Assembly: GCA_007126515.1 (NCBI GenBank)
Contig: SLBD01000004.1
Span: 1 to 60,543 of the forward strand
Length of the DNA stretch: 60,543 bases
Origin: Kiritimatiellia bacterium
Lineage (GTDB): Bacteria > Verrucomicrobiota > Kiritimatiellia > SLAD01
Reading direction: 5' to 3'
A program made the translations under genes and the position numbers. Shown in pieces: positions 1 to 9,584 of this stretch. Within the stretch, counting starts at the first letter, position 1, and the number at the start of each line of letters is the position of its first letter. The notes beneath the pieces are model-generated. The model ran no database searches and had not been told where the DNA came from. It saw nothing but the letters and a program-made list of their open reading frames with translations.

Positions 1-50
1 AAAGAAAAGCGGGGACAGCCATCGCAGACAGCAATGACCGTCACCCGCTT
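1..50 (-). terminator. putative intrinsic terminator of the porin-like gene
   Basis: Plus-strand 7-13 (AAGCGGG) and 44-50 (CCCGCTT) close a long imperfect hairpin. On the minus strand it is followed by TTCTTT and begins 12 nt past the stop codon at 62-64. Confidence 0.45.
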
Positions 51-61
51 AAATCGTATTG

Positions 62-1264
62 TTAGAAGTAATAGCCAAAATTGATATTGAAGCGATACTG
101 CCAGTCATTGTTTTGATTGGAGCCAAAATCGCCCCCAGGACCGACAAAGTAATTCCCGTCTGACAGGGCGTAATCGGTGTAAATGTACCAACCGCCTTTG
201 GCAATCGCCATACCCGTAACATTCAATTGGCTATCACGGAAGCTCTGCCCGTTCTCCTCACCGTCTTTCACGATGATGCTGTAATCATTATAGAACGTGA
301 TCGAATCGACCAAATCTGTCTCCGGTGTGATCGTGTACGACAGTGCGACAGACGGGATCAAGCCCTCAGAGGCGACCGGGAATGGAAAGCCAAATGCACC
401 CATAACAATCAGATCATTGGTTGGTTGCACACCTTCTTCATCGGCGCGGTAATCAGCATCAAATCGATAGGCGCTGAGCTGTAGCATCAGATTCCATCCG
501 TTGTACGTTGTCGAGGAATGCAACGAAACGGCATACGCGTCTGAATTTGACGCCCGATCATCCTGGGCGTTCAACTGGGAGTATTTGCCAGAAATACCGA
601 GCGCTGTATTCAATTCCTCAATGGTGTATATCAAACGCGCATTCACTTGATGGCGCTCTTCGTAAACGCCGGGAATCCCGCCAGCATCCTCTGGGACAAC
701 CGTGTATGAGTATCGCATACTGTCGTCGCTGATCCCGCGGCCATTAGGTACATCGATCGGATAATATGCCAAATCAAAGGCCAACGGACCCGCCGTTCTC
801 GAATACTTAAGCCCCACTTTCATCTGATCTGCCAAACCAACATAATAGTGCTGATCAAAAAAGAAACTGTTCGCCGGACCGAACGGACCGACACCGAAGG
901 GGACGCGGTTGATACCGACTTCCACGCGCCCCAATTCCGGATCCTCATATCCGAGCCACCCAGTGTGGACAAAGCTATAGCCATCGTACCAACGATACTC
1001 GGCAGCACCGATCACGCCCTCGTGCGACAGTCCAAGATTAATGCGAAATGTATCGAGTTCAAAATTACCTTCGCTGGAGCCACGCCCCAACGATCCGTCC
1101 TCCGGCGCATCCTGGTCGGCAATCACATAATTGACGCGCATTGCGCCGCCAACGGTCAACGGGCCTACCTCAAAACCAATCTCTGCATTCGCTCGCGGGG
1201 CCATCCCCAGAGCCAACACAGCCACCATCGCAAGCCCCACACTACTTCGCTTCACACACCTCAT
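62..1264 (-). CDS. secreted beta-barrel outer-membrane porin-like protein (family not assigned)
   Basis: 400-aa ORF with an N-terminal signal peptide (...AVLALGMAPRANA/EIG). It is rich in Y/G/D amphipathic segments and ends ...RFNINFGYYF with a terminal Phe, typical of the OMP beta-signal. Confidence 0.6.
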   Translation of the reverse strand: MRCVKRSSVGLAMVAVLALGMAPRANAEIGFEVGPLTVGGAMRVNYVIADQDAPEDGSLGRGSSEGNFELDTFRINLGLSHEGVIGAAEYRWYDGYSFVHTGWLGYEDPELGRVEVGINRVPFGVGPFGPANSFFFDQHYYVGLADQMKVGLKYSRTAGPLAFDLAYYPIDVPNGRGISDDSMRYSYTVVPEDAGGIPGVYEERHQVNARLIYTIEELNTALGISGKYSQLNAQDDRASNSDAYAVSLHSSTTYNGWNLMLQLSAYRFDADYRADEEGVQPTNDLIVMGAFGFPFPVASEGLIPSVALSYTITPETDLVDSITFYNDYSIIVKDGEENGQSFRDSQLNVTGMAIAKGGWYIYTDYALSDGNYFVGPGGDFGSNQNNDWQYRFNINFGYYF

Positions 1265-1496
1265 CGTATCGCATCCTTTCGTTCAGGTTTCTACCGGCGC
1301 AAGGCCCACTTGATGGAGCCTGCAGCGAACGTGATTGCACCACGACACACACATCGAAACATGCGCAACCACTGATTACATGCTTAAGGATACTTACATA
1401 CTGAGAAGATCCGTCAACTTAAAAAATATAATGTTTTCTCAATTTTTGTTACATTTTAAGTATACTTTTCTAATTTTAATACTTTGAATACTTGCT

Positions 1497-3224
1497 TTAT
1501 GGGCAGAATTCGCGCAATTCCTGATAGAGTGATCGAGCTCGGAGGTCATCTGGCCGCAGGCGCAACCGATGCTCCAACGCAGCCACGGCCTGGCAGATCT
1601 CGCCCTGTCGCGCCAAGCTCAGCGCTTGGTTGAATTGTGCTGTGGGATGTTCGGGGCGCAGCTCAGCGGCCCGGCCGAAGGCCGCCGCCGCAAGCAGAAA
1701 GTCCCCCAATTCCGCCTGCGCATGACCCCGCGCATGATGCAGATCGGCATTGTCAGGCGCCAGCGCTAGCCCGGCCTCGGCAACCGCGAGGGCACGAGCG
1801 GGATCTTCCATCGCAAGCAGCTGAACCGAGACATTGTGATAATCCACAGGCCGCAAATCAGGCAGTTGAACAGGCAGGAATACCACAGCCAACAAAGGCA
1901 CAAGCCAGAGTCGCCGTTGACGCTGCGGCCATGTGGTGCGGATCCATTCGGTCACTCCCGCAGCACCGAGAGCCACCATCAAAGGCACAAATGTCAACCG
2001 GTATCGGGCCGTAATAAAGAAAGCGGCCACAGACAGCCATCCTGTCAGCAAGGCCAATCGCCCGGCATAGGCTTTGGGGGCAAACAGAAGACCCATCCCC
2101 CCCAGCAACCCGAACCAGACAAATCCAGGCCACAGCCGGGACCGGAACAATCCATCTGTGATTCGCAGTTGCTCCAGTATGCGGAGGTCATCTACATCCA
2201 ATTGATTCCAGAACAAGGCGAGTTTGCGGGCGGTTAAAGCCAAAGCCTGCCCCGGCTGATTGCGCCAGAACCAACGTCCGCGCTGTGCCCACCAGGCGGA
2301 ACTTTCCGCCTGGCTAAGCTCACGACCAACGGACTGCTCCGCGAAAGCATGCGCATCTTCCAACATCAAGCGCGCCGTCATGCGGAAATTCTCGACGCGT
2401 ACAGGATACCCGGTGGCACGTTCGTGGTTGCCCATGTAGAAATTGAAACCGCCATGGGTCGTCAACAACACGAACTCGCCTTCCGCTCGTGTATTATGCA
2501 CCGCCACCGGCAACAACAAACAACTAAACGACAGGACTGACAACGCGATTCCGCGCCAAGGAATCATCTGGCATCGCCACCCCTTCCCGATTTGCCACCC
2601 CCAATACACCGCCATCAACGTCAGCGTTCCGGCAAAGCCGAGCGCAGCCATCCCCCCCAACAGTCCGACGCATAGGGCATCTTGCCAATGGCTCAAGCGC
2701 GCCCGATCCAAGATCAACACCAACATCGTGACCAACATCACATTCACGCTATTCGGCATCGTCACCCCTGCGTAGGCGATGGCCAGTGGATACATGGCGT
2801 ACAAAGTTGCTGCAGCCAAAGCGACCAGAGGATATGCGCCCCAGCGACGCGCCAATATCACCAAGCACGCCACCGTGACGCAGTCCGCAAAAGCCCCCAA
2901 AGCGGCAGCAGCAGTCAAGCTGGGGCCAAAGACGGCATATACTACGCCAAGGAGCCATGGGTACAGCGGCATATAACCGAACGCTCCATCGGGCCAGATC
3001 TGTCCATTGGCAATCGTCATCGCAGCCTCGTGATAAAGCATGCGATCATGGGCACTGGCGAATAGAGGGAATAAAGGAGATTGCCGGAACTGCAGGAAAA
3101 ACCACACTCGCACAAGAGCCGTCCATAGCACCGCCACGATCGCCAGCACCCGCCCGCCTATCATCGCAGGAACGACTTGTTTGACTTCACTCAACTGTTT
3201 CATCCACGACTCACAATAAAGCAA
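1497..3224 (-). CDS. polytopic membrane glycosyltransferase-like protein (GT39/ArnT-PMT-like) with C-terminal TPR repeats
   Basis: 575-aa ORF with many hydrophobic helices over about the first 430 aa. TPR-like repeats follow (LAPDNADLHHARGHAQAELGDF..., LRPEHPTAQFNQALSLARQGE...). Alternative start is Met8 at 3203. Confidence 0.5.
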   Translation of the reverse strand: MLYCESWMKQLSEVKQVVPAMIGGRVLAIVAVLWTALVRVWFFLQFRQSPLFPLFASAHDRMLYHEAAMTIANGQIWPDGAFGYMPLYPWLLGVVYAVFGPSLTAAAALGAFADCVTVACLVILARRWGAYPLVALAAATLYAMYPLAIAYAGVTMPNSVNVMLVTMLVLILDRARLSHWQDALCVGLLGGMAALGFAGTLTLMAVYWGWQIGKGWRCQMIPWRGIALSVLSFSCLLLPVAVHNTRAEGEFVLLTTHGGFNFYMGNHERATGYPVRVENFRMTARLMLEDAHAFAEQSVGRELSQAESSAWWAQRGRWFWRNQPGQALALTARKLALFWNQLDVDDLRILEQLRITDGLFRSRLWPGFVWFGLLGGMGLLFAPKAYAGRLALLTGWLSVAAFFITARYRLTFVPLMVALGAAGVTEWIRTTWPQRQRRLWLVPLLAVVFLPVQLPDLRPVDYHNVSVQLLAMEDPARALAVAEAGLALAPDNADLHHARGHAQAELGDFLLAAAAFGRAAELRPEHPTAQFNQALSLARQGEICQAVAALEHRLRLRPDDLRARSLYQELREFCP

Positions 3225-3368
3225 TCACAAAGACTGTCCGGTCTCGCACCTAACCCGTAATGCCAATATGAATTGTATATCACGCCACCTGCCGCCCTGC
3301 AACGCACCCGAACAATCTGACAGCTCCTCCGGATCCCCTCACGCCCAACTCCCATCATTTATTATTTC

Positions 3369-3392
3369 ATGCGTATATGCGCATATGCGCAT
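3369..3392. repeat. three tandem octamers ATGCGTAT-ATGCGCAT-ATGCGCAT (self-complementary, alternating purine/pyrimidine)
   Basis: Read directly from the sequence. ATGCGCAT is its own reverse complement. The alternating Pu/Py run spans 3368-3393 (26 nt). It lies in the divergent intergenic region between the starts at 3224/3203 (-) and 3556 (+). Confidence 0.8.
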
Positions 3393-3555
3393 AAATATAT
3401 TGTGTGAATGCATAGTCCAAGACGGGTGACAAAGTCGGGATAGAAATTAAATGATGTTGGCTTTTGCGACTGATCGCTGAGTTTATCTCCGGTTTAGTTT
3501 GCCTTTCCTTGGCAATCCGATATGCTTATCTGTTGCATTAGAAAGGAGCACAAAG

Positions 3556-4749
3556 ATGAAGCTGGCCAAACGAATCGCGAAACTTGGAACCGAAACTGCA
3601 TTCGCCGTATCCGCCGATGCGCGGGCTTGGGCCGATCAGGGACACGATGTCTATCCTTTCCATCTAGGAGACATGAACATCCGCACTCCCATCAATATTA
3701 TTGAGGCAGGATATAAAGCCATGCTCGACGGCAAAACGGGGTATGGCCCGGCACCTGGAATACCGGAACTGCGAGCTGCTTTGGCAGAGGATGTCGGCAA
3801 CGCGCGCGGCATCACCTACACCCCCGACCAAGTCTCTGTCCAGCCCGGCGGTAAGCCATCCATTGGCAAATGGTTGATGGCGTTGATGGATGAGGGAGAC
3901 GAAGTCCTCTACCCGAATCCAGGGTATCCGATTTATGAATCCCAGATCGAATACTTGGGCGGTGTGGCTGTTCCTTACGGATACATTCCAACGGACCAGG
4001 GATTCAAACTGGATCGAGAACGCATTGAGTCATCGATCACGCCACGCACAAAGTTGCTCTTTTACAATAACGGTCAAAATCCAATCGGCGCAGAATCCGA
4101 TGACGAGGAGATGCAGTGGTTGGCCGACCTGGTTCTCAAACACGACTTACTCGTGTTCTCGGATGAGCCCTACTTCGATATCCGCTACGGAGGCAAAAGC
4201 AAAAGCATTGCCAGCCTGCCGGGCATGCAGGAAAGAACCTTGATTGCGTATACGTTCTCCAAGAAATACGCGATGACGGGTTGGCGTGTCGGAGGGGCGT
4301 TAGGCCCGGCGGATCTGGTTGGCATTTTTAATAAGCTCAACGTCAACTACGAATCCTGTACAGCCACCTTTATTCAACATGCGGCGGTGGAAGCGCTCAA
4401 GGGCGATCAGACTGGACACCAAGATCTCATAGCAACCTTGCAAGAACGTCGCGATGTCCTGGTCGATCTGCTGAATGACATCGATGGTGTCTCCGTCTAC
4501 AAGGCCAATGTCACATTCTATCTATTTGCCGATGTGACCGGCGTATTCGAACGGAAACAATACAAGTCCCAAGGCGATTTGCGGCTGGAAGCGTTGCGTG
4601 AAACGGGCGTTTCCTTTTGCTCGCGAAGTCACTTTGGCAAGCCCCTCCCCGGAGAGGATCGCGTCTTTATCCGCTTCGCCTATTCTGGCATCGACGTGGA
4701 TCGTATTCGCGAAGGATTAGTCAAATTGAAGGCGTTTTGGGAGTCCTAA
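3556..4749 (+). CDS. class I/II PLP-dependent aminotransferase (aspartate/aromatic aminotransferase-like)
   Basis: YTFSKKYAMTGWRVGG matches the PLP-lysine motif (SK...GxRxG) of fold-type I aminotransferases. The ATG at 3556 is preceded by AGGAG (3545-3549). The tracked ORF starts earlier at a TTG (3499). Confidence 0.85.
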   Translation: MKLAKRIAKLGTETAFAVSADARAWADQGHDVYPFHLGDMNIRTPINIIEAGYKAMLDGKTGYGPAPGIPELRAALAEDVGNARGITYTPDQVSVQPGGKPSIGKWLMALMDEGDEVLYPNPGYPIYESQIEYLGGVAVPYGYIPTDQGFKLDRERIESSITPRTKLLFYNNGQNPIGAESDDEEMQWLADLVLKHDLLVFSDEPYFDIRYGGKSKSIASLPGMQERTLIAYTFSKKYAMTGWRVGGALGPADLVGIFNKLNVNYESCTATFIQHAAVEALKGDQTGHQDLIATLQERRDVLVDLLNDIDGVSVYKANVTFYLFADVTGVFERKQYKSQGDLRLEALRETGVSFCSRSHFGKPLPGEDRVFIRFAYSGIDVDRIREGLVKLKAFWES

Positions 4750-4992
4750 TTGACTCATAAATCCATGCGGGTGCTCGGCTTCTACGGGATGCACATTCTT
4801 TACTTCCCGCTGCTGGTTTTCGCGCTACGCGGATTGACTCACTGGCAGAGCCAATCCGCATGGCAATGGCCAGGATGGGTTCTTGCCGTCGCCACCCTGG
4901 CCATCGCTGCTGGATTGTATATTTGCCTAGGTTATACCGTCACCCGAGCTTTGGCTCAGGCGGAGGCAGCCAAACTGGACGCATCACGGTAA
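4750..4992 (+). CDS. hypothetical small membrane protein (two hydrophobic helices)
   Basis: 80-aa ORF directly abutting the aminotransferase stop, with an alternative ATG at 4765. Two hydrophobic segments. It overlaps the 3' end of convergent mscS by 37 nt. No recognisable family. Confidence 0.3.
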   Translation: MTHKSMRVLGFYGMHILYFPLLVFALRGLTHWQSQSAWQWPGWVLAVATLAIAAGLYICLGYTVTRALAQAEAAKLDASR

Positions 4993-5792
4993 ACGTGGAT
5001 ATCGCGTTGCGGGAATGGGATAGAGATGCCTTCTGCATCAAATCGCTCTTTCACCGCTTGCAAGGTATCGAAGTAGACTCCCCAATAATCCGCAGCTTTC
5101 ACCCACGGACGAACAGCAAAATCGATACTGCTATCGGCCAGTGCCACCACACCAATCGTCCATGCCGGATCCCGCAGAATACGTTCATCCTTCTCAAGGA
5201 TATCCGCCAGGACCTCTTTGACTTTCTTCAAATCGTCATTGTAGCTGACCCCAATCAACAGATCCACACGCCTCGTCTCCTTGGCGGAGAAGTTCGTAAT
5301 ATTGCCACCTGTAATGCCTGCGTTGGGAATAATGATGGTCTTGTTGTCCGGAGTGCGCATCTGCGTGGTGAACAATGAAATCTCCTCAACAATGCCCCCC
5401 TCACCAGCAGCTTGCACGAAATCCCCCACCTTAAACGGGCGGAAGACAATCAGCATGACACCTGCGGCAAAATTGGCTAACGAACCTTGAAGCGCAAAAC
5501 CAATGGCAAGGCCAGCGGCACCAATGATGGCAATGAATGAATGTGTTTGGATACCAATTTGACTTAATACCGCGAGGATGACGACAACCATCAGGATGCC
5601 GTATACAAGATTCCCAGTAAACTTGACCAAGGTCGCATCCACTTGGCTTTTGCCCATGGTCCCCTCAACCACCTTACGGATCAAGGTCGCAACCCAGCGT
5701 CCGACGATAAAAATAAGTATAGCGCCTAGCAGGCGAATCCCATAGCGCGTTGCATATTCAGTGATCATTCCGACAATCTGTTCTGTATCCAT
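4956..5792 (-). CDS. mscS: small-conductance mechanosensitive channel, MscS family
   Basis: 278 aa with three N-terminal TM helices. The C-terminal region ...IIIPNAGITGGNITNFSAKETRRVDLLIGVSY...FDAEGISIPFPQRDIHV closely parallels the E. coli MscS pattern. Confidence 0.85.
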   Translation of the reverse strand: MDTEQIVGMITEYATRYGIRLLGAILIFIVGRWVATLIRKVVEGTMGKSQVDATLVKFTGNLVYGILMVVVILAVLSQIGIQTHSFIAIIGAAGLAIGFALQGSLANFAAGVMLIVFRPFKVGDFVQAAGEGGIVEEISLFTTQMRTPDNKTIIIPNAGITGGNITNFSAKETRRVDLLIGVSYNDDLKKVKEVLADILEKDERILRDPAWTIGVVALADSSIDFAVRPWVKAADYWGVYFDTLQAVKERFDAEGISIPFPQRDIHVYRDASSLAASA

Positions 5793-6206
5793 TTTGACTC
5801 CTTTTTACGGCATAACTGATTTGTGCCTAGGGCTTATATAGGGGATAGCCATCTTGTTGACAAGCTTCCGCGAAGACGCACTCTTCAGCCTCATTTTAAA
5901 CGCGTCGGCTCACCCAGAGGGTGAGCCCTACCGATCGATGGATTATTTTCACATGCAAAATGGCAGGGCGAAGCGACTCGCTGAGCCGTGCGAAAGTAAC
6001 AGAGGATATCACGAGAATGGCTGCAGGACTCACCCGCACGGAAATGGAATTTCTCAGAGAGCCATGACGACTAGCAACGCGCAGCATCGGTTCGGTCCGG
6101 GAATTTACCTTTTCAATGAGCGCCGTGATGCTATAGTCACCGCAGTCTTGCGGACCTTGGGACCTATCTAGCAGGTGCTGCTGGCGGGACAACGAGTAGT
6201 GATCGT

Positions 6207-8483
6207 ATGCGTAACAAAGACAATGTTGATTTAATCTGTGATATTGCCGAATTGGCCGGCCTGTTCGAACGCAGCAGCAGTCTTGAGGATTTCCTGGATA
6301 CGGCCACCAGCATCATCGCCTGGCACATGAAAGCGGCGGTTTGCTCGATCTATTTATTTGATGAATCCTCGCAGGAGTTGGTTCTGCGGGCCACACAAGG
6401 TCTGGGACACCAGGCGGTGGGACACGTGCGACTGCAGCTTGGAGAAGGCATCACAGGTCTAGCCCTGAAAGAGTTGCGATCGATTTGCGAAGGGCGCGGA
6501 TCAGCTAATCCCAGTTTCAAGTACATTCCTGACATTCAAGAAGAACGATATGAGGCGTTTTTGGCCGTACCTATTTTGCGAGGCCTTGTCCGTGTTGGAG
6601 TGCTTGTTACTCAGGATCCTGAGCCTAATTATTTCGACGAAAATGATGCCAAGGCATTGCGCGCCATTGCCGGCCAGCTGGCCACAACGATTGAAAATGC
6701 CAATTTATTGATGACCATCCATGAGCCGGAGAAAGAAGCCCCTTCCCCACAAGCTTCGCTACCCCGATTCATGCGAGGGAAGGCCCTCTCCGAAGGGCTT
6801 TCCATGGGTCAGGCTGCAGTCATTGGCAGCATTGATGAAGAAGCATTGCGCTCGTTTGAAGAAGATCCCACACCACGCACTCTAGAAGATTTTCACCGCG
6901 CCTTAAAAGAGACCGAAGAACAATTGGTCGGCCTGCAAAAGGACATGGAAGAGGAACTGTCCGATGTGGCTTCTTTGATTTTCAGTGCGCATCTCTTAAT
7001 TCTGAAAGATGCCGAGTTTTCCGGTGCTATTGAGCGATTGATTGAGCAAGGCATTGCCCCTCCGAAAGCCGTCTCCAATATCATACACAAATACCTCAAT
7101 CTATTCGGCTCCAGCAGCAATCCTCGCTTGCAGGAAAAAGTACTAGACCTGAAAGATCTCGGGCATCGCCTGCTGCTCAACCTGATGTCGCATAATCCGG
7201 ATATGGCCGACTATGAAGGTCGGATCATTGTTGCAGAAGAACTGCTCCCATCTGCCTTGCTAAAACTGGCCGCTCAGCGCGCGGCCGGACTCATCCTCTC
7301 CACTGGCAGCGAGACATCCCATGTTTCCATCCTGGCCCGCTCCTTACGCCTACCGACATTGATCATCGATCAATCTGATCTAGCCTTATTACAAGACGAC
7401 CAATTTCTTGTCTTGGATGCGCTACAAGGAACGCTGTTTATCAATGCCGACGAGGAAGTTCGCGACTCGTATGTGCGCTTGATCGAAGAGCAGCGGCGGA
7501 TTGCCAAACTCGAGCCCCAAGTCGCGCCAGAAACTCGGTCGGCTGATGGTGTCCGCGTCCGGCTATTGGCCAACATCAATCTGCTCAGCGATCTGGCTCA
7601 TGCCATCCGGTTAAAAGCGGAAGGCATCGGCCTATATCGCAGCGAATTCCCTTTCATTGTCCGCGATAACTTCCCCTCCGAAGAAGAGCAGACCCGCATC
7701 TATGAAAAGATCGTCGATCGCATGAGTGGCCGCACCATCACCTTGCGAACGCTGGATATTGGCGGCGACAAATCATTGTCCTATGTCCAGATCCATAACG
7801 AGGCCAACCCGTTTCTCGGTTTGCGGGCGATTCGCTTTTCGCTGCGCAATCGGCACATCTTCTCCCAACAGCTGCGCGCCATGCTGCGAGCGGGCACCGC
7901 TCAATCCATTCGGATCATGTTCCCGCTTGTCTCCTCACTGGACGACTTCATGCATGCCAAGGAGGTTGTCCACGACTGCATCCGTCAACTAGAAAGGGAA
8001 GGAACTCCGCATAACTCGCGCCCCCAACTCGGCTTGATGGTTGAGCTGCCATCCGCCATAGAAATGATTGATGAATTGGCCCAAGAGGCAGACTTCATCA
8101 GCATTGGAACCAATGATCTTATTCAGTACCTACTGGCAGTCGATCGAACCAACGAACAAATATCCGATCTCTACGTCCCTTATCATCCCGCCGTGCTTAG
8201 AGCTCTGCATCGCGCCATTGATGCAGCCGTGCGCGCGGGTATTGATGTATCCGTCTGTGGCGATGCCGCCACGGATCCAAACATGATCATTTTCCTATTG
8301 GGATGCGGATTGCGAACCTTCAGTGTTGACGCTCGCCACATTCCTGCGCTGCAAAAAATCATCATGAAAACTCATGTCGAGGAAGCGCGAAAAATTGCGC
8401 TACAGGCATTGCGCCTGAGTCGGATTGCAGAAATAGAAGACTTTTTTGAGACTCAAAATAGCGCCGTGATTGAGTCGGAATAG
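6207..8483 (+). CDS. ptsP: phosphoenolpyruvate-protein phosphotransferase with N-terminal GAF domain (EI-Ntr)
   Basis: 758 aa with a GAF-like N-terminus. It carries the phospho-His region GSETSHVSILARSL and the PEP-utilising signature ISIGTNDLIQYLLAVDR. Confidence 0.9.
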   Translation: MRNKDNVDLICDIAELAGLFERSSSLEDFLDTATSIIAWHMKAAVCSIYLFDESSQELVLRATQGLGHQAVGHVRLQLGEGITGLALKELRSICEGRGSANPSFKYIPDIQEERYEAFLAVPILRGLVRVGVLVTQDPEPNYFDENDAKALRAIAGQLATTIENANLLMTIHEPEKEAPSPQASLPRFMRGKALSEGLSMGQAAVIGSIDEEALRSFEEDPTPRTLEDFHRALKETEEQLVGLQKDMEEELSDVASLIFSAHLLILKDAEFSGAIERLIEQGIAPPKAVSNIIHKYLNLFGSSSNPRLQEKVLDLKDLGHRLLLNLMSHNPDMADYEGRIIVAEELLPSALLKLAAQRAAGLILSTGSETSHVSILARSLRLPTLIIDQSDLALLQDDQFLVLDALQGTLFINADEEVRDSYVRLIEEQRRIAKLEPQVAPETRSADGVRVRLLANINLLSDLAHAIRLKAEGIGLYRSEFPFIVRDNFPSEEEQTRIYEKIVDRMSGRTITLRTLDIGGDKSLSYVQIHNEANPFLGLRAIRFSLRNRHIFSQQLRAMLRAGTAQSIRIMFPLVSSLDDFMHAKEVVHDCIRQLEREGTPHNSRPQLGLMVELPSAIEMIDELAQEADFISIGTNDLIQYLLAVDRTNEQISDLYVPYHPAVLRALHRAIDAAVRAGIDVSVCGDAATDPNMIIFLLGCGLRTFSVDARHIPALQKIIMKTHVEEARKIALQALRLSRIAEIEDFFETQNSAVIESE

Positions 8484-8486
8484 AAA

Positions 8487-8506
8487 CCTGTGCCATCACG
8501 CACAGG
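8487..8506 (-). terminator. hairpin between convergent ptsP and the small Cys-rich gene (weak terminator candidate)
   Basis: CCTGTGC-catcac-GCACAGG, a 7-bp stem. On the minus strand it is followed by only TTTCTATT and lies 18 nt past the stop at 8524. Confidence 0.3.
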
Positions 8507-8523
8507 GCGACACGCTACCATAA

Positions 8524-8727
8524 TCACGCTTCCTTTTTTCGCCGACACGCATCTCCGCCCTGCCCGCCACAAGCGGCACAGCCGATCGGCTCGCCATCCA
8601 TATCACGAGCGGCGCTGCCACACGAACGAAACGTCTTATTGCGAAAGATCAGTCCCACCGCCATACCCAGAAAACAAAGTCCCAGAATGACACCAACCAC
8701 AATCAAATAAGAAAAAAATTGCATCAA
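8524..8727 (-). CDS. small Cys-rich single-pass membrane protein, NqrM(DUF539)-like
   Basis: 67 aa with an N-terminal TM helix followed by ...FRSCGSAARDMDGEPIGCAACGGQGGDACRRKK. The architecture (TM, SCG, C-x2-C, basic tail) resembles NqrM as I recall it. The start abuts the stop of the upstream TVP38 gene with zero gap. Confidence 0.4.
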   Translation of the reverse strand: MMQFFSYLIVVGVILGLCFLGMAVGLIFRNKTFRSCGSAARDMDGEPIGCAACGGQGGDACRRKKEA

Positions 8728-9480
8728 TCACTCCTCCATACCCGATGGCTCTTCCTGCAGCGCCGTCTTAAATTGTGCCAAGCTGGGATGCTTGCGCAGG
8801 CAAAACGGAATTACAAACCAAAGGATTACGAATAATATAACGGATCCGAAGACATACACAAACTGAGTCGTTGGATTTTCTTCCACCACACTGCCTCCCA
8901 GCAACGCAGCAGGAATTCCCGGGGGAATCGATCCCAGCAACGTTCCCAACAAGTACGAGCGATGTTTAATGCGCGTGATCCCCAGAAGCGAATTCGTCAA
9001 AAATCCAGGCATTGGCAAGATCCGCATCAGGATGACGGTGCGATAACTGCGCTCGTGGAAATAATCAGCCACTCGTCCCATTTTGGGCCAGCGCCGAAGA
9101 ATCCAGCCGCGGCCTCCCCAACGCGCATAGCAAAACGGAATGTAACCGCCGAACAACAACGCAACCACACTCCAAGTCAGTCCCCAGAAAAAACCGAAGG
9201 CCAGCCCGCCCACCGGATAAATCAACATGCGCGGGAATCCCATTGCCGTAATCACCGAGGCGCCGACTACAAACGCCAGTATAGCCTTCGAACCTTGTGC
9301 TTCCAAAAATTCGTGGACCTCGCGGGCTTGCGTCAAGATCCCCTTCAGCGGTGAAAAGTATACGATTGCAGCACAAACCAGTAGAGTCATCAGCCAGATC
9401 GTTTCTTTCAAACGAAACCGACGCGTCCGGAAAGGCGCGGTAGCATCAGGAGAGGAATGTAAGCCAGCAGAGTTGTTCAT
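8728..9480 (-). CDS. TVP38/TMEM64 (DedA-related, VTT-domain) family membrane protein
   Basis: Multi-pass membrane protein with the ...YPVGGLAFGFFWGLTWSVVALLFGGYIPFCYARWGG... pattern. The start is set at MNNSAG (ATG complement 9478-9480), because the tracked 320-aa ORF runs antisense through the tRNA gene. Confidence 0.65.
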   Translation of the reverse strand: MNNSAGLHSSPDATAPFRTRRFRLKETIWLMTLLVCAAIVYFSPLKGILTQAREVHEFLEAQGSKAILAFVVGASVITAMGFPRMLIYPVGGLAFGFFWGLTWSVVALLFGGYIPFCYARWGGRGWILRRWPKMGRVADYFHERSYRTVILMRILPMPGFLTNSLLGITRIKHRSYLLGTLLGSIPPGIPAALLGGSVVEENPTTQFVYVFGSVILFVILWFVIPFCLRKHPSLAQFKTALQEEPSGMEE

Positions 9481-9584
9481 TTTGCTTGCCGTGCATAAAA
9501 CCCTATCGCTATCTATAGTGTCGAGGTATAATTTCTGGCAACGGCATTGATCCCTGAAAAGCAGGCATGCTAAATGCAACAGAT

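Noticed and set aside
5854-6192. ORFs 5854..6171 (+) and 5896..6192 (-) in the mscS-ptsP gap
   Set aside because: They mutually overlap on opposite strands and have no RBS and no recognisable motifs. They are treated as non-coding.
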